Source of the DNA: the human T2T-CHM13v2.0 reference genome, Homo sapiens | Direction: 5' to 3' (one strand) | Length of the DNA: 64,000 nt | NCBI RefSeq assembly: GCF_009914755.1 | Contig: NC_060945.1 | Shown here: one piece after another, positions 17,395-33,066 of the stretch | Numbering within the stretch: the first letter of the stretch is position 1 | How the letters are laid out: every line of letters begins with the position of its first letter | Program-made: the position numbers and the translations under genes | Notes under the pieces: model-generated | Told to the model about the DNA's origin: nothing | Seen by the model: the letters and a program-made list of their open reading frames with translations, nothing else | Database searches by the model: none

Positions 17395-17700
17395 AGCTGG
17401 CACAGTGGCTCCCGCCTGTAATCCCAGCACATTGGCAAGCCAAGGTGGGCAGATCACCTGAGGTCAGGAGTTTGAGAGCAGCCTGGCCAACATGCTGAAA
17501 CCCCATCTCTAATAAAAATAGAAAAATTAGCAGGGTATGGTAGCACGTGCAGGTAGTATCAGCTACTCAAGGGGCTGAGGCAGGAGAACTGCTTGAACCT
17601 GAGAGGCAGAGGTGGTAATGAGCCAAGACTGAGCCACTGCACTCCAGCCTTGGTGACAGAGCAAGACTCTGTCTCAAAAACACAAACAAACAAACAAAAA
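17395..17700 (+). mobile_element. AluS
   Basis: Dimeric Alu with (CAAA)n tail. Confidence 0.9.
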
Positions 17701-19197
17701 ACATAATTGTTCCCATATAAGTCTATGTTCACAAAAGATCTGAAGAGTACACAACACCGTGAGACAGGACAGACATATATTTTAAAAGTTATATTCCTGG
17801 TTTCTGTAAAAATAAAATGGTTGAATTTAAGCTTTTAAGACAAGTCAAGGAAAAGAGCAAAAAATGCAAAAGTGAAACTTGAAAGGTCATTTCCCCATCA
17901 AGGGTTCATGATCACTGGACATTCACAAACTATATTGTTCAAAACATTAGTTCTGAATTTTGATCTGAGTATCCCTGGAGTTTCAGTTTCATTCAAGGAT
18001 GTCCAAGAGGTCAAATAAGACAATATCATTTGCTATTTTCAGTTTTCTTTTCTGAGAATAGCACAGCAAACTTCTTCAGAGAAATGAATTGTCCTAACTT
18101 CATAGGCTAAAGGCTCACGAGTCATATTTCTAAGGACATTTATAAAATATGGTGGTGCATGCTTGTATTCTGAACTTTTCAACTTTAAACTCTCATATAG
18201 TAAATATTAATAGATACAAACTGATTAAAGAAAAGCCCTCTTACTCTGACATTATTTTTATTTTTCTTTCTTTCTTCATTTATCAGCAACAGGAGAGTCT
18301 AACTAAATGTGGTAAAGTGGTATAAGGGAATACAATGAAAAGTGTAAAATGAATTAAACCAGAGATAATCATATCAATGTGGGTACATCTGGAAAATATA
18401 ATACAAAATACACCAAAGAAAGTGGCAGAAAGGTATGTAAAGTGTATAACCACTCACATACCATTTTAGGACACAAATAAAAAATTCTGCATATTATTTC
18501 TGAGCATCACAATATAGTTAAAGATTTCAAAAGGGCATTGAAATGAAAAACAACCAACTTATGATGTTGGTAGCCTCTATGCAACCATGTTTTTAAAACC
18601 TTAACACCAAAAAGTCTCAAAATCACCATTTTAAAGGACCGTGTCCACCAGTTATAAATGAATAATTACTTTCCTCATTTTTCATAGTCAAAGATGCCAC
18701 AAACACACACATACAGACACCTATACATACACATCCACACACAGTCTTGCTCACTAGAACATCTGATTGGCTTCAGATCATCAGTGTAATAACACTAGCA
18801 GCACGCCTCTAAAGTTAAAACAGAAACTGACACGTTAATAAGTAAAGCTTTCCTCTACATAAAGATCAGAACTCCAACTAGCACATAAATCAATGGAAAT
18901 ATCTTAGAGTCTCAAAATTCAGTGCTTTGAATCCCTGACAAATATAAAAATTTTATACTGAAAACTTCATGCTATTCAAAACATTAAAAGAGAAACATCT
19001 GAGTTAAAGCTTACATTTTTAAAATCTTTTTATGCTTCTAAATTTATTTTTATTCAAATATGGATACCAACAATAATATTTATGTCAATGCCTTCCATTC
19101 AATTTTGAACAAACAGAATTAGGGGTAAGAATAATGTGAGTACTTCCAATCATTTAATGTACTTATTTCCAGCATTCCATTTGTATTGAATATGTAC

Positions 19198-19270
19198 CTG
19201 CTCTCAATGTCTGTACATTCTTTCTTTGTACTGCTCCTTTCACAGCAGGATCTTCCATTTCAGTGCTAGG
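19198..19270 (-). pseudogene. ANKRD20A: ANKRD20A-like exon 11 (73 nt)
   Basis: PSTEMEDPAVKGAVQRKNVQTLRA|gtacat. Confidence 0.88.
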
Positions 19271-19362
19271 CTGAATGGGTTTTAAAAGAAAATGATTCAT
19301 AAATCATATATATTTTATACAATGTGGAGTTAGTGATTCAAAAAATATACATAATTAATTAC

Positions 19363-19391
19363 CTTCAAGGAAGGATGTTTTGCAGGAGGTC
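19363..19391 (-). pseudogene. ANKRD20A: ANKRD20A-like exon 10 (29 nt)
   Basis: GPPAKHPSLK|gtaatt; the 29+73 nt exon pair is typical of the ANKRD30/36/20 family. Confidence 0.87.
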
Positions 19392-21746
19392 CTACAAAGC
19401 AAAAGGGATATGTCATCAATTATATGTAAGTATGACAGGGCCAACCAAACACTCATGCAGTGTTACTATCGAGCTGAATTCTCATGCCTGGCTACAAAAA
19501 TAATTACTTAAAGTTTTGAGGGTTCTTCTTGGCTTCTTCTTTTCATTGCCTAGGACAGCAACATGACAGAAACCTAATGAGGAAAATAGGAATACAGGAT
19601 TCCTAAAATGCACAGCTTACATTTCAGTAGTGAGATTATGTTTCAAATGCCTATACCTAAAGTAGAAAAGCATGGATATCACCGTGAACATGTGGGCTAA
19701 TGAGAAGAAAAGGGACCACTAAACAGAGTAGCAAATCAAACCTGGGGGAATCGATGTCCAAGCTGATGGTGAATGTACAGAGTATTTTAACTCAACACAT
19801 CAGAGGCATTGCTGCCAGCATGTCACAGACAAATTCCCCTTGTGCTGTCACTTAGGAAATATACAGTTGGGATGACAGTTCAGGTGAATGTGTGATTCAC
19901 CTCTCATCAAAGAAAGTGTTCTACATTGATCAGCTAGGATACACACTTATGAAATAACAGCTAATCAAACTACTCATTTTTCCCATGATCACATGGGCTA
20001 CTGCAGCACCTACATTTCTCCTATCCCCTCATTTGGCCTTGAGTTAGAGCTCCTTGATCCACTTGTGTGAGGTGGTCCATAAAACACATCAAATAAACCA
20101 TGTCGAATAAGCTTCCGATATCAAAATATTTAGCAAAAAAGAAAACACTGAATTACCACAGACTTGCTGGATACGAATACACATTTATATTTCAAAATCA
20201 GTGCAGTATTTATTGAAAATGAGAATTTTGGTATTCACAAATGAATTTTATAATACAATTGCTTCTAAAATTAACTAAGTTTGGTATATCATCTTACACT
20301 GTAAAGGACTTTTATAAAGCAGCTATCATATCAAAGAACTGGCTGTCTCAAAAAAAATTAGCCAAAGCATCTATATGCAACTTAATCACATCTTATTCAC
20401 TCATGTCAATGAAACTTCTCTCTCTGAGGCCTGAAAATTATGAAGTGAAATGAGCTGCTGTGGTTTACCCCAGTTCTAGCACTCCCTCCTGCCTCCAGTA
20501 CTCTCCACAGCAATAACCTCTTTTGTGAGACTGGGCATATGCTGAAGCAACTGGAAGTGAGTTGTCTCAAGTTTACTTGGCTTTAACTCCCAAGACCCCA
20601 GCAAATGTCTTTCTTTCCTCCCTCTGTGTCCTTTCACAATCCCTCTTCCTTTGAAAAAGTGATTTTTAGATCTGTCATCCTGATGCTTCCCTTCCTAACT
20701 GCTTTTTATGGATAATTGTGACAACTTTTTTCATCTGTATTCAGCAGTAGTATACACCTGTAATCTCTCTTTTTTCATCTCATTTTCCTTCCCCTGTGGC
20801 TAGAATCATGCTCAGAAATAAAAGGAAATTAATGCTTTCCCTGGATTCTGTTATTATTCAAATTGCTCTCCAGTGGTTCTTTTTCCAGATTTCTCTAAAG
20901 GAAGGCTATTCCCTTGCTATTTAGAGCTGTGTCCAAGGACCAGCAACAACATCACCTGAGTACTCATGAGAAATGCAGACTCCCATACCTGCTAAATCAG
21001 AATGTGCAGTTTCCAGAAGCTCCTCAACTAATTCATGATGATCTGAATGCCCTGTTTTACACTTTATGTGATTCCATATTAGTTTACCCTAATTGCCCTT
21101 TTTGGCCTAGCCTCAATTTCTTCCCTATTATGTCTCTGAATTTAATACTACATTATAAGCCATAATGTTTCTAATGAACTTTTAATCAGGTAATACCTTC
21201 TCTAATTAATTACTTCTCCATACATCACCCAACACTATTCTTTTCAATTACGTTAATTTGGCCTATATGATACTATCCTATGAGGTTACACTTTCTTTAA
21301 AACCAAATTATAGCCATATATGGCTGACCATTTATGGTGATGTTCATCTATGGTAGATAAAACACAGGTCTGTGTGGTAAAATACCTCAATCCTTAATGC
21401 CTCCCCAGTAGTGAGGATGACAGCAAGAGTAGGAAAATGTTACTCTAATTCTCTGACACATGTTGGTAATGGAAGTTCACTTTATCTTCCTTCCTATTTC
21501 TAACACCCTGTTCTTCCTTCTTCTACAGATCAATGTGACTTTACTACCCTCTATTACATACTTCCACATATGTGTTTTTATTTATTCCATGTACACTCTG
21601 CCCTCCTCATCTCTCTTTCTCTTTTATTCATTTCCTCTTCCCTCTCTCCTGACTTGCCTTAGGTCTTAGAGTATCTTAAAATGGAACTCACAACTCAGCT
21701 CCTTTAGTGGTACTCCCAATAGAATCAACTGCTGACCCTTGGTTAG

Positions 21747-22158
<412 letters not shown>

Positions 22159-22196
22159 TCCAACAAATGACTTTTTAAATAAAATACAGTTCTCAC

Positions 22197-22281
22197 CTTC
22201 TCCTTTTCCATTGACTATTCTGTTTCCTTTTCCATGGGAAGGTCCACGTAAAGGCTCTGACACTTTCTTGGGGACACACTG
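22197..22281 (-). pseudogene. ANKRD20A: ANKRD20A-like exon 9 (85 nt)
   Basis: QCVPKKVSEPLRGPSHGKGNRIVNGKGE|gtgaga. Confidence 0.88.
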
Positions 22282-22355
22282 CTAAGGTAGTATCAAGAAT
22301 TAGTTTCCATTTTAAAATTATAATGAGTTGCATCAAGAGTTTCTTGTCAATCTCT

Positions 22356-22651
22356 TTTTATGAAACTGGTTCTCACTCTGTCAACCCAGGGCTAGAATGC
22401 AGGGGCCTGATTATGGCTCACTGTGGTCTCAAACTCCTGACCTCAAGCAATCTTCCCACCTCAACTTCCTGAATAGCTGGAACTACAGGTGCATACCATC
22501 ATGCCATGCTAATGTTTCTATTGTTATCTTTGTAGAAACACGGCCTCATTATACTGCCCAGGCTGGTCTCAAGCTCCTAGGCTCTAGTAAATCTTCGACT
22601 TCTGCCTCCCGAAGTGTTGAGATAAGCAGTGTGCACCACAACACCCAGCCC
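22356..22651 (-). mobile_element. AluJ
   Basis: Diverged reverse Alu. Confidence 0.85.
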
Positions 22652-22682
22652 TAATCAATTTATTTAAATCAGTTTCAATGTT

Positions 22683-22973
22683 GCCCAGGCATAGTGGCTC
22701 ACAACTGTAATCTCAGCCTTTTGCAAGGCCAAGGTGGGTGGATTGCTTGAGTTCAGGAGTTTGAGACCTGCCTGGGCAACATAATGAGAACACATCTCTA
22801 CACAAAAAATACCAAAATGAGTCAGGCATGATGGTGTGTGCCTGTAGTCCCAGCTGCTTGGGAAGCTGATGTGGGAGGATCACTTGAGCCTGAGAGGTGG
22901 AGACTGTAGCATGCCAAGATCATGCCACTACATTGCAGCCTGAGCAACACAGCAAGACCCTGACTCCCCAAAA
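22683..22973 (+). mobile_element. AluJ
   Basis: Diverged forward Alu. Confidence 0.85.
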
Positions 22974-23353
22974 ATATCAATTTAAAATGTGAGAATGAAG
23001 AGAGATACAAACAAAAAAGAAGCCTAATTGGTCAACGAAATATGAGCTTAAGCCAAGAAAGAAAAGAAACAACATGAAGTACGATAAAGTACATGGGGAA
23101 ATAGATCTATAACAGAGCTTTTTGGTCTTTCATATCCCTGATAATACTAATTAATATTTATGCTACAATTAGTTTTTTGTAAGTACTTCTGTGATAGAGT
23201 TTATTACTATAAGACATTCAATTAGCTAAATATGGTCAACTACCACTACCTGAAAGAACATTATTATAACAGAGAGAGAAAACTGGAACTTTCCATCAAT
23301 GTTCCACCCAGAAAAAGAATTTGTCACCAGAATTCTAAAGAGTGATGTATGGC

Positions 23354-24136
23354 AGACACATGAAAAAATGCTCATCATCACTTGCCATCAGAGAAATGCA
23401 AATCAAAACCATAATGAGATACCATCTCACACCAGTTAGAATGGCAATCATTAAAAAGTCAGGAAACAACAGGTGCTGGAGAGGATGTGGAGAAATAGGA
23501 AGAGTTTTACACTGTTGGTGGGACTGTAAACTAGTTCAACCATTGTGGAAGACAGTCTGGCGATTCCTCAAGGATCTAGAACTAGAAATGCCATTTGACC
23601 CAGTCATCCCATTATTGGGTATATAGCCAAAGGATTATAAATCATGCTGCTATAAACACACATGCACACGTATGTTTATTGCAGCACTACTCACAATAGC
23701 AAAGACTTGGAACCAACCCAAATGTCCAACAATGATAGACTGGATTAAGAAAATGTGGCACATATACATCATGGAATACTATGCAGCCACAAAAAAGGAT
23801 GACTTCATGTCCTTTGTAGGGACATGGATAAAGCTGGAAACCATCATTCTGAGCAAACTGTCACAAGGACAGAAAATCAAACACTGCATGTTCTCACTCA
23901 TAGGTGGGAACTGAACAATGAGAACACTTAGACACAGGAAGGGGAACATCACACACCGGGGCCTGTTGTGGGGTGGGGGGAGGGGGAAGGGATAGCATTA
24001 GGAGATATGTCTAATGTAAATGACGAGTTAATGGGTGCAACACAGCAACATGGCACATGTATACATATGTAACAAACCTGCATGTTGTGCACATGTACCC
24101 GAGAACTTAAAATATAATAGTAATAATAATAATAAA
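23354..24136 (+). mobile_element. 5'-truncated L1PA (end of ORF2 + 3'UTR)
   Basis: [18 protein letters not shown]...CWRGCGE...HCWW; G-rich 3'UTR, (TAA)n tail; degenerate 17-bp TSD at 23337-23353 and 24134-24150. Confidence 0.93.
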
Positions 24137-24501
24137 AGGTAACGTATGGCTTGAAAAGGTATATTTAATAGAATGTGAGTTGGGACTAATAAAAAGCTTA
24201 AGAAATGTTAATCAAAAATCTCAATGTTAAGATTCCAGTTCAATGATACTAGAAAATATATTGTAACCCTCTTTGCTACTGATGACCTATTTCTAATTTA
24301 TTTCCTTTTTAATTATGGCATAATTTTTCAACATAACACATCAAAACTTATATGCCCTTAAATATTAAAAAATAATACAAATGTAAGCAATATTTTAAAT
24401 ACAATATTTAATTGTTAGATACATTAGGTATATTATATTACTTATAACATTCCATTATATAAAAATTCATTTGTGTATTTATTCAGATTAAACAACTATT
24501 A

Positions 24502-24800
24502 AGGCTGAATGTCTCATGCCTGTAACCCCAGCACTTTGAGAGGCTGAGGCGGGCAGAACACTTGAGCCCAACAGTTAAAGACCAGCCTGGGCAACAAGGC
24601 AAAACCCTGTCTCTACAAAACTCAGCCGAGCATGGTGACACAGGTCTATGGTGACATAGCTCTATTGTTTCAACTACTTGGATGGCTGAAGTGTGAGGAT
24701 CTCCTGAGCCCAGGAAATGGAGATCGGAGTGAGCCAAGATCTCACCAGTGCCCTCCAGCCTGGGTGACAGAGTGAAACCCCATCTCAAAAAACAACAAGC
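24502..24800 (+). mobile_element. AluJ
   Basis: Diverged Alu. Confidence 0.85.
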
Positions 24801-24903
24801 AAAATGTTTCTTACATGGAAGACTGTATTCTAGGTACTCCAGGATACACACAAATATGTTTACTGAACTCCAGTAGCCTATAGTATGCAGGAGCTTCCAA
24901 TGA

Positions 24904-25313
<410 letters not shown>

Positions 25314-25534
25314 TAAACTACAATGACAAAATTATGATGATAAAGTCTTACCATATTGGTATTAAGAGTCTCTGCTTCTAGAACTGGTTATTTGCAGCAA
25401 AATACATGTTATTCAATTAGATGAAGTGTTTTATATAAACTCTTCATGGATAACTCATAAAACACACAAAAATCCCTTTGCAATACAAATTTTGAGAACA
25501 TAAATTTAAATTTCTACGTTTCCACAATTTATAT

Positions 25535-25658
25535 TTTTAAATCAGATACAGTCTTGTTATGTTGCCCAGGCTGTTCTCAAATTCCTGGGATCAAGCAATC
25601 TTCCTGCATCAAACTCCCAAGTAGCAGGGACTACAGGTGTACACCACCACACTCAGCT
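25535..25658 (-). mobile_element. FLAM/Alu monomer
   Basis: Single reverse monomer. Confidence 0.75.
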
Positions 25659-26177
25659 ATTTTTCTACAATTTTTAATATTATTTTAGTCCCACTACAGA
25701 ACCAGTAATATAAGTAGAGAAACAATCTCTCCTAAAAACTATATGATACCAAAATAATAAGTTTCCAAGAACAAAAGCTATATGCTATGTGCTGAACCTT
25801 TTTGCAACTAAAAGTTACCAGGACACTCATATGATTTAAAAGTCAAAGTATTAGTGTTTATCCAAATAAAGCTTAATCAAATTTCATATTTCCTCTATTG
25901 GAGAAAGCATTTCCTAATGTGATTTTCCTGTCACTACTTATTTTCCAGTTCATTTTTTTTCAGCTCCTAACCTGTCACAGTACTTATCAATCTTTGTTAG
26001 TTACCAAAGTTAAACACATTTTTTCAATCAACTAGCCATATATATGTTTTTCTCTGACCCACTTTCCATTACCACCATAAAACAATGAAAGGTAAACCAC
26101 TGCTAAGTTTGAAAAGTAAATACTATGCAAAACTACATTCAGAGTGAGAAAATTAATTTTACAAGAGACCACTTTAC

Positions 26178-26247
26178 CTTAGCAGCAATACTCAAGACTT
26201 TGTCATCCAATGCAGGCAATAAATCCACACACAGTTCATGGAAAATG
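26178..26247 (-). pseudogene. ANKRD20A: ANKRD20A-like exon 8 (70 nt)
   Basis: IFHELCVDLLPALDDKVLSIAAK|gtaaag. Confidence 0.87.
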
Positions 26248-28870
26248 CTTCAGAGCAAAAATACACAATGAAAATGAGCAAGTTGATTTCTTTACAATTT
26301 TTTAACTGTCAGTTTATATCCAGCTTCCCCCTCAAAAAAGGAAAGAATAATCTGGGGAAAGGTCAGTGATCTATATATTAAATTATGATTCTTGATATAA
26401 TTAAAATATGTCCTCTGTTCTAAAAATAGATTTTAGTTACATATTTCTGCCTCCACCTGTCTAAATCTATAAAATATTCAATGAAAACTAACCTTCAGCT
26501 TCATAACGAATAGTGACAGTCAATATATTGGCAGAGTCTAACAATAATTTGCCCTCACAAATTATCTGTCCTGAAGCTGAACTTAAAACTCAATTAATGG
26601 ACGACATAAATTCTGTTACCTAAACTGGAAGAAAATTGATGACCTAAAACAAGGTAGAAAGATCCAGTGTCTCTTTTCCATGATCTATCTCTGGTTATAA
26701 GACTAATCAGCATCACTTCAAAATGGCAGTCTTGATTCCTCAACATGGAACCCACTTACGAATGTCCTATTGCTTTGCCCTAAATTGGTACAGGAAATCC
26801 CATGCAATATTTGAAAGGTATGAAAGCCACATGTACAAAAATCAAATAACAAAGGTGTATGTTCTTATTGAGAATACTTTTCCCAGAAATATTAAAATAT
26901 TAACAATTATAAAATCCCATTATTTTCACTCTATAGGTCCTACTTTATTCAGGTCCACATAAACTAGCAAGCCCTTAAAAGTTTTCATAGGCACTCAGAC
27001 ACCCAAGGAGAGAGACTGCCAGAAAAACAGAGTCCTGGTAGTTGTACCTCTATTTCCCTAAGTACTATCTAAGTATCTGTCTTCCTATGGGCTCCCACTT
27101 CCAGATTCTACTTCTGCAGGGCTCCACAGAAGTCTCCAATCTTCAAATCTTCAGCCTATGAAAGCCCAGATTCCGGAAAGGATGGCCTCAAATGACCAGG
27201 AGTAGGAGCCCTCTATAACCCTGCTCCTGAAAAATAAGCCAACTGGACTCTCCATCACCTGCACCCAGCATAGACACACTACCAACTACCCAACTGAACT
27301 CCATGACTGGTTTGCCAGCCAATCATGCCCCTGACCCAGCCTACATGGACATGGGAAGGATATCAGTGAATCGGGAACAGAGGCAGAGGTGAAGAGGCCA
27401 CCTGTCCTGGGCCACACATCTATGTAGTCCAGCAATCTCCAGCCCCTTAGTACTCCAAGGGCTCTAAGCCACCCCTCTGAAAGTCAGGACAGAAGTAGAT
27501 GACACCACATTTCTATCTGCTGTAGACACTCCTCCCAGTGTCTCAAAATGTTTTAGCATCTTTCGGTAAAATTCTTCAAGTTTGTCAGTCCTTGATTTAA
27601 AAAAAAGGAGCAAACTTTTTAGAGCTCCCTTGAACTCTTTATCAAACTTCTCATAAACCCTAATATTTTGATCTCTTATTGAAGAGTCCATACTCCTATC
27701 CAATCCAGTGTTGTTTCTCTTCAAACTTGGCCTTCCCCTGCTCATTCCATTCTTATCTACTTCCATTGGGTTCACCAGCTAATTCCATTTTCATACCATC
27801 CACTGGGTGCACCGGACTCACTCCCATTTGTATTATTAAAGCACATGCAAATAGGATATAAAAAGAAGGAAGAGTACTGGGCCTTAAAATGAGTTCAAAT
27901 CTCATTTCTGCCAATTCCTGTGTCTAAAAAAAAAAGCATCCTAATCTCTTTGAGCCTCACATTCTCTGAGAATCACTTGACCAGAATGTTCAATACAGGT
28001 AAAAATACTAGAAAGTATTTTAATTCATTCTAAGATTCCTTAAAATTCTGTAATTCTATGTCCTCTTGATTCTGTCTATAGGAAAACTGGGAATACATAC
28101 CCAGCAAAATTTGAAAAAATAATAGAACAAAAGAAACAGCAAGAAAAGCAGAGAAGAAAAATCAAGACAAGATTATACAAAAGTCATGGAAAAAGAAACA
28201 AGACTTAAAAAAGTATTATGGAAGTAGCAGAAATACTTGCCTAAATGGAAAACCAAACTGGGAAGTCAAATGATTTCTCTCTAAGACTTGCCTAAACTTG
28301 CTTTTGTAAAACTTACAGTCCTATGGACAAAGCTAAGTCAGATCTGCCCTAAAGCCTTTGATGGTAAAAATAAGATACTGGCTACCACTGAAATTGTCAA
28401 ATTTATTAGGACAAACTCTTCGACTAACCACATTTCTAACAATACTTTAAATGAGAGTTTAAGGTATTTAAGGTATTTAAACTCTCATTAATTTAGAGAT
28501 TAATTAAATTAATGAATCTGATTAATCTGATTCAGACCTATACCTTGATCCAAGTGCTGCACGGATGTCTACCAATCTATGCTGAGGAGCAAGAGAAGGG
28601 ATTTGGAAGCCAGGCAGGCTGACGGTCAAACTGTAGGCCAGCTGCTTTGTTAACTATGAGTTTATAAGGCAATTAATCAACTGCTGTAATCCATAGTTGT
28701 TTATTTAATAAACAGTAGGTTATAGGAACACAGATGTTGTGATGGCTTTATGAGATGATAAATGCATAGAAGATATTAGGATGTCTAGCCCAGAATACAA
28801 CACTCAACAGATATTAGTTTCTTCCATCTATATTTTCTTAGTTAACATAATTTTTTAAATCTATAAAATC

Positions 28871-28901
28871 CTGACTGCAGACTCATCAGAACTTCCAACA
28901 T
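28871..28901 (-). pseudogene. ANKRD20A: ANKRD20A-like exon 7 (31 nt), donor lost
   Basis: ag|ATGTTGGAAGTTCTGATGAGTCTGCAGTCAG (DVGSSDESAVS), followed by GA instead of GT. Confidence 0.8.
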
Positions 28902-28969
28902 CTATTAAAGAAAAAGGTAGAATGCATTTTAAATCAATAATAAATGTACAGAATATTAAAAGCATAACA

Positions 28970-29096
28970 ATGCACAGTGATGCATGCCTGTAATCCAAAC
29001 TGCTTGGGAGGATGAGGCAGGAGGATCACTTGAGGAATCTAGAAGTTTGAGACCAGCTTGGGAAACATAGTAAGACACTACCTTCATAAAAAAAAA
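28970..29096 (+). mobile_element. FLAM/Alu monomer
   Basis: Single monomer with A tail. Confidence 0.75.
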
Positions 29097-29497
29097 TTGT
29101 GCACACTTGTGTGTATGCTTTAGATCCTGTTTTTGTTGTTGTTGGTGGTGGTGGTTTTGTTTTGGTTTGTTTTTTAAAAGCATAAGACTGATGCTTTGTT
29201 ACAAATAATTCCTTTGGGAGCATGCCTGGGACCTTATTAGAATTAACATTAATTTTACCTATTGGTAGGTAATTCATGCAGTAAGAACTCTTCCCTTTGT
29301 ATTTATTAGATGCAAAGAAGAATAACTTTATTAAAATTTGGTATCTACAAGTGAACTGCAGTTTACAAGTCATCCTAGCCAAACCCTATGAGATTGAGTA
29401 AAGATGTTATTGTTAGCAGAACAGGTGTGATGAGTCAACAGTGTCAAAGAGAATGATTTCTGGACCAAAATATGAGGAGCAGTTAAAACAGAGGATA

Positions 29498-29833
29498 CAG
29501 TAGTACCCCTTATCCACTATATGTGAGCAAAGACATACTTGACATGTTTTTCTCTGCTCTCACACCACAGCAACAATCATCAACAAAGAAGGCTTCTGTG
29601 ACCAAATGTGTGGAGAGTTTTCCCCACCAACAAGCAAGCAATCATTCCTGCTGATGGCACAATTCAATTCTCACACCCTATCTTCAGATTACATCAGATT
29701 TAATTTATAAATTAAACTTTATCATAGATATGTATGTATAGGAAAAAACAGTTTGTGATTCAGTACTATTCATGGTTTCTTGCATCCACTGGGGGTCTTG
29801 GAATGTATCTCCCACAATTAAGGGGGAACTACT
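29498..29833 (+). mobile_element. MER2 (TcMar-Tigger) ends with an LTR-like fragment inside
   Basis: cagtagtaccccttatcc...taaggggaactactg terminal inverted repeats; MER2 3' segment ataaattaaactttatcatag...; interior 29520-29690 resembles a MER21-group LTR end. Confidence 0.6.
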
Positions 29834-30857
29834 GCACTTATTTTGTTATAACACAACACAGCCTCTCTAGCTCTTCAGTTCAAACTGTTCAGTTTAGGAT
29901 AAAACACCCTATCACCAGAAGCCAGGAAAACATAGGAATCAGACCAGAAACAGGAATCCTTGCAAAAACTTTCCAGCTGCCAGTGGAGAAGATCTCAAGA
30001 GAGATCACTGTGTTACTCTGGCTAATACTCTTCTGGGGAAGGTGCTGGGTGGTTTCCTTAGTTGTAGCTATTTGCTCTGCCCTACATATAACAAGGCCCA
30101 TGTTCACCTGCCATTTTACCTCCCACAGAAAGAACCACTGGAAAGATCACTCCTTTAAGAGCTTATCCACATTCAGAGAGAAGCTGAAGAAACACTGGGG
30201 AGGTGTGGCAGGGTGCTGGGCAGTATTATCTCATGTGAAAAATATATAGAAAGAAAACTATCAATGCCCTTTTACTACCGGAATGTTCCAATGCTTGCCG
30301 TTCTCCCTAGTAGGAGAAAAAAATTCTTTTTCACCTCACATAAAGCAAAACTCCCTTGCCATCCCTCATAACAGAATCTAGTTGTAGGTGAGTCATGTCA
30401 TCATAATACAGGCTGTTGTCAACCTCATCCCTCAAAGGAAGAGGATCAGTGAGGAACATATGTATTTACCTATAGCATTCACTGCCTGGTCTTATTTCCA
30501 ACCGAAGGTAAGTATGAAAGACTGTGTGATTCCAGTTTTATAAAGTACAACCCCTTGCGCTTGTCCCCTTCCATTGCTAGACAGTGTATCTGGACCCACC
30601 TCACAGAGCAAGATGCTCCAGTTTGTGCTGTGTGGTACGGCATGGTGTCCTTTTCCTCAACCCTTTCCATTATGTGCCAAATATCTATACAAATCATGTT
30701 TTCTAAGTATGTAAAGCATACCTCATCAGCATATATCATTCTTTACAATGATAAAGAAGCAAAAGAAAAACAAAAGGACAAAGAGCATCTTAAATGACTA
30801 CCTTCAATTGTCATGGAGCTTTAATTTTCTTAATATTCAAAAATATATCCACAGTAT

Positions 30858-31290
30858 TATTCCAACTATGTGACTCTTCTGAAAAAAGTAAAACTATGAA
30901 GACAGAGTAAACATCAATGGCTGCCACGAGTTGCTAGGGAGAAAGGGAGAGATGAACAGGCATAGCATAGAGAATTTTTAGGGCAGTGAAACTGTTCTGT
31001 CAATAATATAACAGTAATAGATACATGTCATGTCATTATACATTTGTCCAAATTCACAGACTGTACAGCATCAAGAGTGAAGCCTGATGTAAACTATGAA
31101 CTTTGAGTGATTATAAAGTGTCAATGTAAGTTCATCAGTTGTAACAAATGTACCACACTCTGGTGGAAAATACTAATAATGGGGGAGGCTATGCATGTGT
31201 TGGAGGCATGGAATATACAAGAAATCTCTGTACCTTCCCTCAATTTTGCTGTGAACCTAAAACTGCTCTAAGAAATAAAGTTATTGATTT
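30858..31290 (+). mobile_element. L1MC/L1MB 3' end
   Basis: attccaactatgtgac...ttttagggcagtgaaact...gtaacaaatgtaccac...gaacctaaaactgctctaa. Confidence 0.75.
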
Positions 31291-31305
31291 AAAAAAGATA
31301 TTCAC

Positions 31306-31598
<293 letters not shown>

Positions 31599-31656
31599 GA
31601 TATTCACTGTTTATGCAACCCAGGATCTCCAGAACAATAATTAAAATAATAATTTA

Positions 31657-32025
<369 letters not shown>

Positions 32026-32522
32026 CTAAAAATTAGAGATCATTGAAGACCAAAGTAACAGCATGTGGTCATTATATTTCTCAAATTGAAGTATATGAAA
32101 TATATAAAATAAATAAATTTAATTGCATGCTTAGGTAAGAAAATATTGATAAAAATGATGGAATACTTTATCTTATAATCATAGAGGGATTTAACACAAT
32201 ATGAAAACTAGATTATTCATGTAATCAAAATAAAATACAATTTTTATTCTAATTTTAACTCAGAAATTATTATGCTTATTTAATTCAACAATTTTACTGA
32301 AAGCTTAATGAGATAAAAAGGACAGATTATAATTACCTAACATTGCTATGGTAACTTATATGCAAATACCTGTTAGTCACCAAAAGTCAAAAAGTAACCA
32401 GCATTGCAACTTAAGATGGATCATACAACAGAAATTAGTACCAAGTTACCTTATCTTATAATATTATGTGTTATTAAAATAAAATTTTAAAACAACACCA
32501 AAAATTAAATTGGGGCTATAAG

Positions 32523-33066
32523 CGTTGGGCAGAAAAGATTTCATATAGCAGGAAAGAGACTGCCATCCTTAGAAAGGCCTGCATGCAAGGCTGGCCCTTG
32601 GCTGGTGTTAAGGAAATTGGAATTGGGAGGGTTTCCACCATTCCCTGAGAAGAGTGGCTCACTGTGTCTAAAGTGTTTATAGAAACAGTGTGGTTACTCT
32701 GAACATCTGCTTTCCTTGTAAGAGTCTGGAATTTGGGTACATGTAAGGGAGAGTAATTTCCACAGAAAAACTTGGATACTTCATCTCTAATGAGACTCTG
32801 GTACTGGTAGACATCACTGCACATACGCTGTCAAAATGTGAGCCTGGGAGAATTAAGCAGATCCCGGGCACTCCACAGGAGAGAACTCCTGGAGGCTTGT
32901 GCCTGGTTTCCTCCAGAATTGACCACAAGCACCTTTTTCCTCTACTAATTTTGCTTGTCCCCTTTCTTGTAATCAATTAAAGATCTGAGTATGACTATTT
33001 GCTGAGTCCTGTGAGTCCTTCTAGTGAACCACCAAACCTGGGGTGGTCTTGGGAAACCTTGACACA
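32523..33066 (+). mobile_element. Solo ERVL LTR (MER68-like)
   Basis: Starts ..gcagaaaaga..atagcagg..gactgccatccttagaaaggcctgc, ends ggtcttgggaaaccttgacaca; ~545 bp. Confidence 0.65.

Noticed and set aside
27464-27775. 103-aa minus-strand ORF with PMEVD
   Set aside because: No recognisable domain or splice context; probably an ancient repeat remnant.
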